20,000 bases of DNA from Chiloscyllium plagiosum (GCF_004010195.1 NC_057757.1:2102733-2122732); one strand, 5' to 3'. Shown: positions 1 to 9,782, counted from the first letter of the stretch. Program-made: numbers and translations. The notes: a model not told the origin generated them from the sequence alone.

Positions 1-22
1 ACCTCGGTCACCTGGGAGCGAT

Positions 23-28
23 TTTATT
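23..28 (-). terminator. Polyadenylation signal AATAAA of WRAP53
   Basis: TTTATT on + strand at 23-28, 90 nt downstream of the TGA stop at 119-121; implies a 3' UTR of only about 110 nt. Confidence 0.7.
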
Positions 29-118
29 TTGTCGCAATGCACAGATGCTCCATCCTAACCTCAATGCACGTAAGGCAGTATTGAGAGTGTCAGTTAGTCC
101 AGCTCTTACACGGAGTCG

Positions 119-320
119 TCACTTTGAACTACCTCCCAGTGTGCTGGCCTGCGTCGCTGGGCCAGGCTGCTGGGAACAAAGCCACAACTTCATGGAGTTC
201 TCAGCCTTGATGTTGCGGTGGGTCATCAGGATCCCATTGCCCTCGTCCTCGCTCTCGGCAGGCTCCGGGAACTTGCGCTGCCCCGAGGTGGTGGCCAGCA
301 GGTTCATACGTGGGTGTAGG
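119..320 (-). CDS. WRAP53: WRAP53/TCAB1 last coding exon (coding exon 10)
   Basis: (S)LHPRMNLLATTSGQRKFPEPAESEDEG...ENSMKLWLC...* matches the conserved SLHP..LLAT.SGQR.FPEP motif; acceptor ccttctgcag| at 322-321, phase 2; TGA at 121-119. Confidence 0.95.
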
Positions 321-399
321 CTGCAGAAGGGGGAGCAAGCCACAGGGTCAAAGGTTCAACATGTGAGGCAAACAGTAGAATCTTGCTGAGACTGCCAAC

Positions 400-1060
400 T
401 CTTACAATAACACTGTGTGTGTAGAGTGCTTTTCAAACTGTCCTGATTAACGTACTTCACTGGGCGTGTTAAACAAACCGAAACTGAGCCACTTGAGACA
501 ACATCAGGACAGGTGACCAACAGCTTTGTCCAAAAGGTAGGTTTTAAGATGCACCTTAAAGGAGGAAGGAGGTGGAGGGATTTAGGAACAGAAGTCCAGA
601 GCTTACAGCCCAGGTAAATGAAGGATGGCCATCAACGGTGGAGCCACAGAAACAATAGATGTGCAAAATATCAAAAAGAGGAGGGTCAGGGACGTTGGAA
701 GACCTCGAGACTGGAAGAGGTTGTAGAGCTAGGGAGAGTGAGGCCACTAAGGGATTTTAGAACAGCATCAGAACTTTTATAATGGGCTGCCAGGCCGGGA
801 GCAAATGTCGCTCTATGAGATTGTTGGGGAATACGATGGGATGCAAATGAAGAGGTGAACAGTCTCAGGTAAGCTCACAATACATTGGAACAAGTCAAGC
901 CTTAAAGGTATGGATAGGGATTTCAGCTACAGATGAGCTGAGACAGGGAAGAAAATTTGCAGTGTTACTGATGGTGGAAGCTGGCAATTTTGGTTCAGAG
1001 AAAGGGAAGGCATGAGTTTAACTCGGTCAAAAATAAAACACAAGCTTTGGTGGCTCCCTG
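400..1060 (-). mobile_element. Old, degenerate LINE (L2-like) 3' fragment
   Basis: Purine-rich decayed sequence (acaggtgaccaacagctt...gtaggttttaag...ttaaaggagg) resembling the reverse complement of vertebrate L2 3' regions; recognised by eye, boundaries approximate. Confidence 0.4.
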
Positions 1061-1214
1061 GACAGTCTAAATAAATTGCAACCCATCGACCTTGCTCAGG
1101 ATCTTAGCTTCAGATCTTTCTTTTACCCCTGGGCAGGATTGCTGCACACCTCTCTCTGCATCATCACCACACCCCAAAAAAAAATGTTTCTGCTGAGTAA
1201 CCAGTGCAGCTTAC

Positions 1215-1358
1215 CTGATCCCGTTAACACAGTCCTGCTGAGTGTGAAACTGAAGAATGGGATCGAGGATGCAGTCCTTCCCCTCAGTCGGCGTTAGTGT
1301 GGTGTCCCACACAGAAACTGTTCCCTCAGTGTTCCCACTGACTACATAGCGCCCATAA
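1215..1358 (-). CDS. WRAP53: WRAP53 coding exon 9
   Basis: YGRYVVSGNTEGTVSVWDTT...DPILQFHTQQDCVNGI(S), WD40 repeat; ttcctgcacag| acceptor, |gtaagc donor; 144 nt, phase 2/2. Confidence 0.95.
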
Positions 1359-1439
1359 CTGTGCAGGAAGGAAACACCAACATCAATTCTTTGCTCAGCA
1401 AGCTCACCCAAACATTCACACGATATTAGTCAGATTGGC

Positions 1440-1555
1440 CTTGGAGGGTTAGTTAAAGGATAAATATTGGCCAAGACAAAATGGGGACAACTCCCCTGTC
1501 TTGTCTGGAAAGAGCCATGAGAGATTTTGTTTGCATGTCCACATTTAAGAGCATG
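1440..1555 (-). mobile_element. Deu-domain SINE fragment (SacSINE1/AmnSINE-like)
   Basis: ggataaatattggccaagaca..ggggacaactcccctgtctt..aagagccatg is the reverse complement of the Deu core (catggc..gaagagcaggggagtt..tggccaatatttatcc). Confidence 0.5.
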
Positions 1556-2176
1556 GCTAATCAAACTGTACACTGATTTCCACCTTCCTATTTGCCCCCA
1601 GTTACCCCTGAACACACAAGTCAAGAAGCCTCCACCACTCACTAAGGAAAAGAATTTCAAAGAGGGGAAAAGAAACTCATTAGTCTTAAGTGAAAGACTC
1701 CTAATTTTAACATTGTGCCTCCTAGTTTCCCCTAAACGGAGCAAATATCTACCCCATCATCCCTACCCCACCTTCCTCCAAGAATCTTACATGCATCAAG
1801 AAACTACATCTCGTCCTTCTAAATGTCAACACATTTCGACCCAACCTGTTCAAACGTCTACCGTGCAGTGCCCCGGGTTATTTGGAAATGTCAGCACAGA
1901 TCGTGTGTTCACGAATCTGGAATGGAACGCTAGCCAGTTTTATCTGCCAACATTCACCACTGAAAATTGCCATGTTCACATTCAGTGTCGCTGTCAATAG
2001 TCACAATGGACACTAGGAGTCAATCGGGAGCATATCTGTTGGTCCAAATCCCATCCACCCCATCGGTTGACCAGTGGGGCCACAGCACTGGCCATAAACA
2101 CAGTGTTGAAAACTAAACTCCTAATCACTAAACGACCACTAGCAACTCTCCAAGAAAGACTGAAAGGATTACTCAC

Positions 2177-2280
2177 ACATCCAGATCAAAATACATCCTC
2201 TGATTGGTGATCGCTGAGCGGAGCATGGAGAACAGCACTTTGCCAGGCTGGCGTAGATCCCAGCACAGGATTTCGGGATC
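2177..2280 (-). CDS. WRAP53: WRAP53 coding exon 8
   Basis: [34 protein letters not shown](V); not in the ORF track frames shown; tttccctcag| acceptor, |gtgagt donor; 104 nt, phase 0/2. Confidence 0.95.
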
Positions 2281-2699
2281 CTGAGGGAAAGGAGAAAAAA
2301 AAGAGTAGTTTGAAAACAGGCTTTTGGAAATGGAACCGAGTAAACTTCAGGGAGGTGAACCATGAATAAGTAACAGTATTCAGGGAGTCTGGCAGGTCGT
2401 CTGAAAGGATAGAAGTTGGTACCAGAGCACGATATAAAACAGATGGCTCCCCATTCACACCCAGGAACAAAGCACAGTATAGCAAAGGAGATCATTCAGT
2501 CCATAATGCCTATGCTGGCCCTGTGACGCTGCTATCCAATTAACCTCACTCTTTTTTCCCCCAGAGCTTTGCAAAAGCATGGCCTTTTGACATCTCAATC
2601 CAAATTCCTCTTGAAAATTTTGAAAAGTTCGGCTTTCAGATTACAACAATTCGCAGGGTTAATAAAAATTCTCCTTTCTTCCTCTGTTTCAGTAACTCA

Positions 2700-2844
2700 C
2701 GTTGACTGGACAGCTGGCTTGTGGTGTAGTGATGTCAACAGCATGGGTTCAATTTCCAAACTGGTCGAGGTTCGCGTGAAGGACTCTCCTTCTCAACCTC
2801 TCCCCTGAGGTGTGGAGACCCTCAGTTAAACCACCACTAGCCAG
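2700..2844 (+). mobile_element. tRNA-derived SINE 5' part
   Basis: A-box-like tggtgtagtg and B-box-like gggttcaatttcc followed by a SINE-like body; truncated by the CR1 insertion at about 2845. Confidence 0.4.
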
Positions 2845-3457
2845 AATTGAACAGCACAGAAACAGACCCTTTGGCCCAACTTGTACATGCTAACCAGTTT
2901 TCCTAAAGTCATTTAATCCCACTTGCCAGCATTTGGCCTATATCCCTCTATGGAGAATCTGGGGTATAGGGAGAGGTTGAATGGGCTCGGACTGTTTTCC
3001 CTGGAGGGTCGGAGGCTGAGGGGTGACCTCAGAGTTTTATAAAATCAGGAGGGACATGGAGAGGATAAATAGACAAAGTCTTTTCCCTGGGGTGGGGGAG
3101 TCCAGAACTAGAGGGCATAGGTTTAAGGTGAGAGGGGAAAGATATAAAAGAGACCCGAGGGTCAACTTTTTCACGCAGAGGGTGGTCCGTGTATGGAATG
3201 AACTGCCAGAGGAAGTGGTGGAGGCTGTTACAATTGCAACATTTAAAAGCATCTGGATGGGTATATGAATAGGAAGGGTTTGGAGGGATATGGGCCCAGG
3301 TGCTGGCAGGTGGGACTAGATTGGGTTGGGATATCTGGTCAGCATGGACGGGTTGGACCGAAGGGTCTGTTTCCATTCTGTACATCTCTGTGACTCTAAA
3401 CCCTTCCTATTCATGTACTCATCCCGATGCCTTTTAAGTGTTCTAATTGTACTGACC
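2845..3457 (-). mobile_element. CR1-like LINE 3' end, split by a nested insertion (host parts 2845-2950 and 3399-3457)
   Basis: ...tatccctcta (to 2950) rejoins aacccttcctattcatg (from 3399), as in the uninterrupted copy at 7530-7560 (atatccctctaaacctcgcctattcatg). Confidence 0.75.
2951..3398 (+). mobile_element. CR1-like LINE 3' fragment (ORF2 C-terminus and 3' UTR)
   Basis: Encodes ..SRTRGHRFKV..FFTQRVVRVWNELPEEVV..TFK, the typical CR1 ORF2 C-terminus; ends ctctgtgactcta; near-identical to 16478-16904. Confidence 0.9.
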
Positions 3458-4090
3458 TCAAGAGAGAGAGCGAGCTAAAGGGGAGTGAGAGAGTGATGTG
3501 CAGTGACAGTCCTCCCACCATGCTGCATGTAAAGGGTTCACTCACTCTGAGTGACAGAAGGCAATGAGCTAGTCTGAAGGAAACAGGTACAAACAGAGAA
3601 CTGTCTTACTGAGTGCTGTCAATTAACCACCGTCTAAAGCAAACAAGACAAAAGGATTTCAACTCACCTGCAAAGCCAAGAATCCCAAAATTAACTGCCC
3701 AACGATCAATGCTCCACTGTTTACTCTCTATCACTGACCCAGAGACTGTTCCATATAGCTTTTATCTTATCTTGGACTCGCTTTTCATTTCATGTTACTT
3801 TGTATCTTACATTCATATTTATTTTGCAGCTAATAAGCTCAATTTTCTATTAACTCAAGAAAGCGAAATGAGATTGGCTGCTTTTGAAACATTAATTCAT
3901 TTGGTCAGCGAGAAAGACATTCACAAGGGAGCGATCTTTCTAAATTATCCTTGCTCCGACCAACCCGAGGAAGCAGATTAATGAAGGAGGGAGCCAGTTT
4001 ATCCTCCTCCCCTGGAAAGCTACTGCGACATCTGGTCATAACGCTCATACTCAGAGTACCTCCTGGTCCTCTCAAAGACTCCCAGCTTAC

Positions 4091-4299
4091 CTTCCGCCCC
4101 CCAGTGTAAAGCAGGTTTCCATCGGGTGAAAATGTCACGTGTGTCACTCCTCCCTGATGGCCCTGTAAAATGGTGAGCACAGTCCCCCTGTCCCTGGAGT
4201 ACAGTCCCACTGTCTTAGAGTAGGAGGCACAGGCGTACAGGTCATGCTCTGGGCTGAAGGCAATGCACGAGATGATCCCAGTCTGCCCCCGTTTCTTCA
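4091..4299 (-). CDS. WRAP53: WRAP53 coding exon 7
   Basis: (V)[33 protein letters not shown]...[27 protein letters not shown]40 repeats; tctctttccag| acceptor after a (CT)n tract, |gtaagc donor; 209 nt, phase 1/0. Confidence 0.97.
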
Positions 4300-4639
4300 C
4301 TGGAAAGAGAAAAAGAGAGAGAGAGAGAAAGGCCAGTCAGTGGAATTCTGTAGTTTTTCATTGCTGGCTGTTCACTGGAAATTGGGGGAGGGGGGGTGCT
4401 GTTCTGACAACCTTCCCACCAATGCTGACTGCATTCCCTGCACACTGGCGTACCAATCAGCTCTCCCCCCCTCTAGGATCTTGCATCATACCAAGGCTTG
4501 GTGAACCAACTTTATAGAAGGTGCTATGGACCACATGCAAAACAATCGTACAGAACTGAATATAGCCCTTTGGTTGGTCAGTCCTGTGCCAGCTGTTTGA
4601 AAAAAAACTATCCAATTAACTCTGTTCTCTTGCCCCAGG

Positions 4640-5027
4640 AGCAACAGAGGCTGAGGGGTGACCTTAGAGATTTATTAGGTCATGAGGGGCATGGATAGGG
4701 TAAATAGTCAACATCTTTTCCTTGGGGTGGGGGAGTACAGCACTAGTAGGCATAGGTTCAGGGTGAGAGAGGAAAGATATAAAAGGGATCTAAGGGGCAA
4801 CTTTTTCACATAGAGGGTGCTGTGTGTATGGAATGAGCTGCCAAAGGAAGTGGTGGAGGCTGGTACATTTAAGCATTTAAAAGGCATCTAGATGGGTATA
4901 TGAATAGGAAGGGTTTAGAAGGATATGGGCCAAGCACTGGCAAACGGGACTAGATCAGGTTAAGATATCTGGTTGGCATGGACGAATTGGAGTGAAGGGT
5001 CTGTTTCCATGCTGTACATCTGACTCT
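4640..5027 (+). mobile_element. CR1-like LINE 3' fragment
   Basis: Same family as 2951-3398 (gaggctgaggggtgacctt...ggaatgagctgcca...gaagggtctgtttcc). Confidence 0.85.
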
Positions 5028-5049
5028 TCAAATAACCATTTGCTCCTGC

Positions 5050-5225
5050 TTAAGAAGCCAAGGATTCTGAGATCCCCATGATTTCTCGAAGGTCATTACA
5101 ACTCCAACCAGACAGTATCTATGAAGGTACAATGCTCCGTCAGTAATGGACTGGAAGTGTCACCCTGGATTTTGTGCCTACGGAGCGGAACATTAATCTA
5201 CAACTTGCAGACTTGGAGAACTGAA
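5050..5225 (-). mobile_element. Degenerate SacSINE1-like SINE 5' part
   Basis: ctccgtcagtaatggactggaagtgtcaccctggattttgtgc resembles the reverse complement of the gcacaaaaatccagg.tgaca..cagt.ctgagg segment at 13748-13789. Confidence 0.4.
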
Positions 5226-5294
5226 TTCAAGATGTACTGGTATTGGAAGCAGTCCAAAGACGGTTCACTAAATGATACCTGCTCTGGAGGGACT

Positions 5295-5690
5295 GTCTTG
5301 TGAAGAGAGGTTGAGTAGATTGGGTCTGTACTCCTTGGAATAATGAGGAATGAGAAGAAACCTTATTGAAACATTCAAGATTCTTAGGAGACTTGACAAA
5401 ATAGATGTGGTGAGGCTGTTTCCCCTTGCGGGAGAATCGAGGACCAGAACAGAAAATCTCAGAATAAAGGGTGCTTACACATTTAAAACAGAAATCAGGA
5501 GGAATTTATTTAATTTTAAAACTAACATTCTTTATCTGTTAAGGATGGGTCACTAAGTATAATCAAGGCTGAGGAAATCAAGGGATATCAGGAAAAGGCA
5601 AGAAAACAGAGTCGATGGTTAGATCATGATCTCACTGAATGGCAGAGCGGACATATATGGGCTAAATGGCCTGCTTCTATGCTTATGGAT
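5295..5690 (+). mobile_element. Older CR1-like LINE 3' fragment
   Basis: MRRNLIETFKILRRLDKIDVVRLFPLAGESRTR, CR1 ORF2 C-terminus, decayed. Confidence 0.75.
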
Positions 5691-5891
5691 GTGATGGTCA
5701 AACAAAAAGGAACTCAAAGTCAATTGTGGGCAAGACCAGAGGGAGCAGTAAGTTTCAGCCCCACGGAATTAAATAGAACGATGGATCAAAGTAATTCCAA
5801 ACTGACTCAACAACAAACTGATAAATGATCCTTCTAATCAATAAACCCTAATTCCCTCAGACCAGTTCTGAAAGAAAGCAGTCAGGCATAC

Positions 5892-6024
5892 CCAGGGTTG
5901 GTCTCTTCTCACACTCTCGGCCTGGACGAGATACGTCGAACACCCTCACCATCTTGTCAAAGCCACAGAACAGCTGATTCCCATCGGGTGTGAAACAGAG
6001 CGAGTGAGCAGACGTCAGCTCATC
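5892..6024 (-). CDS. WRAP53: WRAP53 coding exon 6
   Basis: [44 protein letters not shown]; ttgcag| acceptor, |gtatgc donor; 133 nt, phase 0/1. Confidence 0.97.
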
Positions 6025-6546
6025 CTGCAAGCAGAACATTCAAACAAACTCTACAGCCCAATTGGCAATGGCAGTTACCTCTACTGGTTGACATGCTATA
6101 CATCCTCTGAGTATCAGATATATTCCACTGTCCCTTGATTACCTCCCACCTTCCATCACTTCAAATTCATCCAAAACCCTTACTCCTAATGCATTCGGTT
6201 CCATTCATTCATCACCGCAGTTCTCGACCCCTCTGATATCTTCACACTCCTACAACTCTGGGCTCTTGCACATCGTGATATCTTTTCCTTCAGCTAATCT
6301 AAATTCTGGAAATTGACTCGCTAAACTGCTCTGCTTCTCTCTTTCACAAGAACCCTTCCCTTAAAATGTAGGTTTTAAATTAAGCTTTTGCCCCAATTCT
6401 CCTCAATATCATGTTGCCATATTTTGTTATGATATCAATCAAGTGCATCATGTAACCATAACAGAAAGTGATACCTTTTGAGTGTACGCCACCTCTCATG
6501 TGTACCTGGGGGCCACTCTCTCGTAATCAACCAACTGTAAATATTA

Positions 6547-6828
6547 ACACAAAATCAGAAATTGCTGGAAAAGCTCAGCAGGTCTGGCAGCATCTGCAGA
6601 GAGAAATCAGTTAGCACTTTAGGTCAAGTGACCCTTCTTCAGAATCTGTTTTTATTTAGTATTTAACTCACTGCCGCATCTCTTCCAGGCATGCTAGGTC
6701 TGAGGAAGGATCCAAAACGTTAACTCAGATTTCTCTTCACAGATGCTGCCAGACCTGCTGAGGTTTTCCAGCAATTTCTGTTTTCGCTTCTGATTCACAG
6801 CATCTGCAATTCTTTCGGTTTTTTATCT
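6547..6828. mobile_element. Non-autonomous Penelope-type mini-element: inverted repeat with degenerate hammerhead motifs and 11-bp TSD
   Basis: TGTAAATATTA direct repeat at 6536-6546 and 6829-6839; arms about 6556-6642 (-) and 6700-6780 (+) are reverse complements; each begins with CTGA(A/G)GA. Confidence 0.75.
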
Positions 6829-7083
6829 TGTAAATATTAGCTATCCCATTACATGAGGAATCACACAGGAATGTGACCCGCAGAGCACACTGAGTCAGCA
6901 GCTGGTCACTGGTTATAATCGGGGCTGCTTGTGCCCTCAAACTTCAACTTCAACCCTTGCACAGAATTAGAACAGCAACTCAGCAACATCACACACAACT
7001 CCATGTCCTAGGATTCCACCTGTTAAAGCTGCTGGATGTACTTGGTGGAGAAAGTTAGAAGGTTAAAGCCACCTGGGACTTAC

Positions 7084-7174
7084 CAGGTGATTGTACGGCC
7101 GGAACGTGGCCCGTAGGTCCCCGTAGAAAGCGTCCCAGATGTGAATCGGGTTGTCGCGGCTGCTGCTGGCCAGA
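7084..7174 (-). CDS. WRAP53: WRAP53 coding exon 5
   Basis: [30 protein letters not shown]; ttgcag| acceptor, |gtaagt donor; 91 nt, phase 2/0. Confidence 0.97.
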
Positions 7175-7434
7175 CTGCAAAAGGAATGGCAACAGTACAG
7201 AGTTCAGAAGCCATGCTCTGACCCACTGTCTCACCTCACATTTTAGTAGTTAGAGTGGATTCACAAGGACAAAGAAACTGGCTAACAAACTAAACACGGC
7301 TGAGGTGCCGCGTGGGTATGTAAAAAGCAATGCTTTCGTATAAAGCCAACTAATAAGAAACCCACAAGTACTGGAATTGTGTACAGCACACAATGCCAAC
7401 ATGGCCCAGGAGGCCACCATTCAGCCCACCAAAG

Positions 7435-7697
7435 AGTCATATATCATGCAAACAGGCCCCTAGTTCAATTTGTCCATACCAACCAAATTTTCCAAACTAA
7501 ACTAGTCCCATCTGCCCGCACTTGGCCCATATCCCTCTAAACCTCGCCTATTCATGAACTTACCTAAATGCCTTTTAAATTTTGTAACTGTACCTGCATC
7601 CACCATTTCCTCTGCTAGTTCATTCCACACACTAACCACTCTGTAAAATAAAGTTGTCCCCATGTCTGTTTTTAATGTCTCTTCTCTCACCTTAATC
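7435..7697 (-). mobile_element. CR1-like LINE 3' fragment
   Basis: Minus-strand ORF ..FYRVVSVWNELAEEMVDAGTVTKFKRHLGKFMNRRGLEGYG. Confidence 0.85.
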
Positions 7698-8400
7698 CTC
7701 CAACTATTTGCCCAATTTCCTTCTGAAGGCAAATTTTGACAGCATATTACAAATTGTTCAATTTTTCTCCCCTGGCCCAAATCTGTCACCTTTGGTTTTC
7801 GACCAAACTGCTATATAAACGAAAAAGAACTCTGGGCTCTGGCCTCCTGAGCAGGGTTACATATTGGGATTGAGCCCCCAATCAGTGACTGCTATCATGG
7901 AGCTTGGACTAATTTCCGATAGCAAACGAGATATTTTGGTTATGCGATGTGTTTTGTTTTGAACAGACAAAAGATAATTCATTAGGAAATAGAACTGGAC
8001 AGCTACCTGCAATGTAAAAATCTCCAGGGCTGTGAAGAATGGAGGAATTGGACTGCTCTTTCAAAGGGCCAGCACAGGCACAATGGGCCGAGTGGTCTCC
8101 TTCTGTGCCATAAGTTCGCAGATTAAATAACTTTTCTCATTGCAGGAGAAACCAGTCACTTGTTTCAGTCATTCATGGTCCTTTTGCGACTGCGACATTT
8201 TATCACTCAAGGAGAACATGAATCTTTTGCCCACCTAACTATGGACCAATGAAATTGCTTGTATCAAAAGTTGCACGCTCCTGCGATGTTGATAGTGGAT
8301 TAAGCACAGCAGGTAGTATGTGAGGGACCCTTAAATCCAAACATCAAAATACAATAACATTCCTGTTGTGGTTCTGTTCGCCGAGCTGGGAATTTGTGTT

Positions 8401-8440
8401 GCAGACATTTCGTCCCCTGTCTAGGTGACATCCTCAGTGC
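8401..8440 (-). ncRNA. Minimal type I hammerhead ribozyme motif (Penelope pLTR), WRAP53 sense strand
   Basis: Minus strand: gca-CTGAGGA-t-GTCaCCT-agac-AGGgGAC-GAAA-tGTC-tgc; both core boxes, helix II, GUC triplet and 3-bp helix I (gca/tgc). Confidence 0.7.
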
Positions 8441-9646
8441 TTGGGAGCCTCCTGTGAAGCGCTTCTGTGATATTTCCTCCGGTGTTTATAGTGGTCTGTC
8501 CCTGCCGCTTCCGGTTGTCAGTTCCAGCTGTCTGTTGCAGTGGTCGGTATATTGGGCCCAGGTCGATGTGCTTATTGATTGAATCTGTGGATGAGAGCCA
8601 TGCATCTAGGAATTCCCTGTCTGTTCTCTGTTTGGCTTGTCCTATAATAGTAGTGTTGTCCCAGTCGAATTCATGTTGCTTGTTGTCTGCGTGTGTGACT
8701 ACTAAGGATAGCTGGTGGTGTTCATGGATGCGGATCGTTAGCTGTCTTCCTGTTTGTTCTATGTAGTGTTTTGTGCAGTCCTTGCATGGGATTTTGTACA
8801 CTACATTGGTTTTGCTCATGCTGGATATCGGGTCCATCGTTCTGGTGAGTTGTTGTCTGAGAGTGGCTGTTGGTTTGTGTGCTGTTATGAGTCCTAGTGG
8901 TCGCAGTAGTCTGGCTGTCAGTTCGGAAATGCTCTTGATGTATGGTAGTGTGGCTAGTCCTTTGGGTTGCGGCATGTCCTCGTTCCGTTGTCTTTCCCTT
9001 AGGCATCTGTTCATGAAATTGTATTTGCCAAAAACGGATACCCGCGCAATTTCATCAACAGATGCAAAGGGAAAGACAACGGAACGAGGACATGCCGCAA
9101 CCCAAAGGACTAGCCACACTACCATACATCAACAGCATTTCCGAACTGACAGCCAGACTACTGCGACCACTAGGACTCATAACAGCACATAAACCAACAG
9201 CCACTCTCAGACAACAACTCACCAGAACGATGGACCCGATATCCAGCATGAGGAAAACCAATGTAGTGTACAAAATCCCATGCAAGGACTGCACAAAACA
9301 CTATATAGAACAAACAGGAAGACAGCTAACGATCCGCATCCATGAACGCCAACTAGCTACGAAACGACACGACCAGATAGCCTTAGTAGCCACACACTCA
9401 GATGACAAGCAACATGAATTCGACTGGGACAACACTACTATTATAGACAAGCCAAACAGAGAACAGCCAGGGAATTCCTAGATGCATGGCACTCATCCAC
9501 AGATTCAATCAATAAGCACATCGACCTGGACCCAATATACCGACCACTGCAACAGACAGCTGGAACTGATAACAGGAAGCGGCAGATTCAAGCCACTATA
9601 AATGCCAGAGGAAACATCACAGAAGTGCTTCACAGGAGGCTCCCAA

Positions 9647-9686
9647 ACACTGAGGATGTCACCTAGACAGGGGACGAAACGTCTAC
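9647..9686 (+). ncRNA. Minimal type I hammerhead ribozyme motif (second copy)
   Basis: aca-CTGAGGA(9650-9656)-t-GTCaCCTagacAGGgGAC-GAAA(9676-9679)-CGTC-tac; core intact with palindromic ACGT, helix I mismatched. Confidence 0.65.
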
Positions 9687-9782
9687 AACACAAATTCCCA
9701 GCTCGGCGAACAGAACCACAACAACGAGCACCCGAGCTACAAATCTTCTCACAAACTTTGAACAATAACATTCTGCACTTAC

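Larger units (their letters stand above)
8363..9761. mobile_element. 5'-truncated Penelope-like retroelement (GIY-YIG endonuclease region) arranged as an inverted repeat, with 12-bp TSD
   Basis: Arms 8364-9021 (-) and 9047-9723 (+) are reverse complements; they encode NGYP..TLPYI...NVVYKIPCKDCTKHYIEQTGR.L..RI.E..HEFDWDNTTII..REFLDAW; ACAATAACATTC at 8351-8362 and 9762-9773. Confidence 0.93.

Noticed and set aside
45..389. Plus-strand ORFs opposite WRAP53 exons (45-389, 4244-4517, 14847-15432) and 1527-2000
   Set aside because: Antisense shadows of GC-rich exons or chance ORFs in decayed repeats, with no recognisable protein features.
4306..4328. (GA)n microsatellite
   Set aside because: It is simply the polypyrimidine tract of the coding exon 7 acceptor on the minus strand.
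8421..9125. 234-aa minus-strand ORF as a novel GIY-YIG nuclease gene
   Set aside because: It is a chimera reading across the inversion junction: the first roughly 35 aa are antisense of the right arm. It has a non-ATG start, a 7-aa deletion and altered catalytic motifs.
8364..9723. DNA transposon or foldback element with long TIRs
   Set aside because: The arms are Penelope ORF sequence with an asymmetric 3' tail and hammerhead motifs; there is no transposase or TIR signature.
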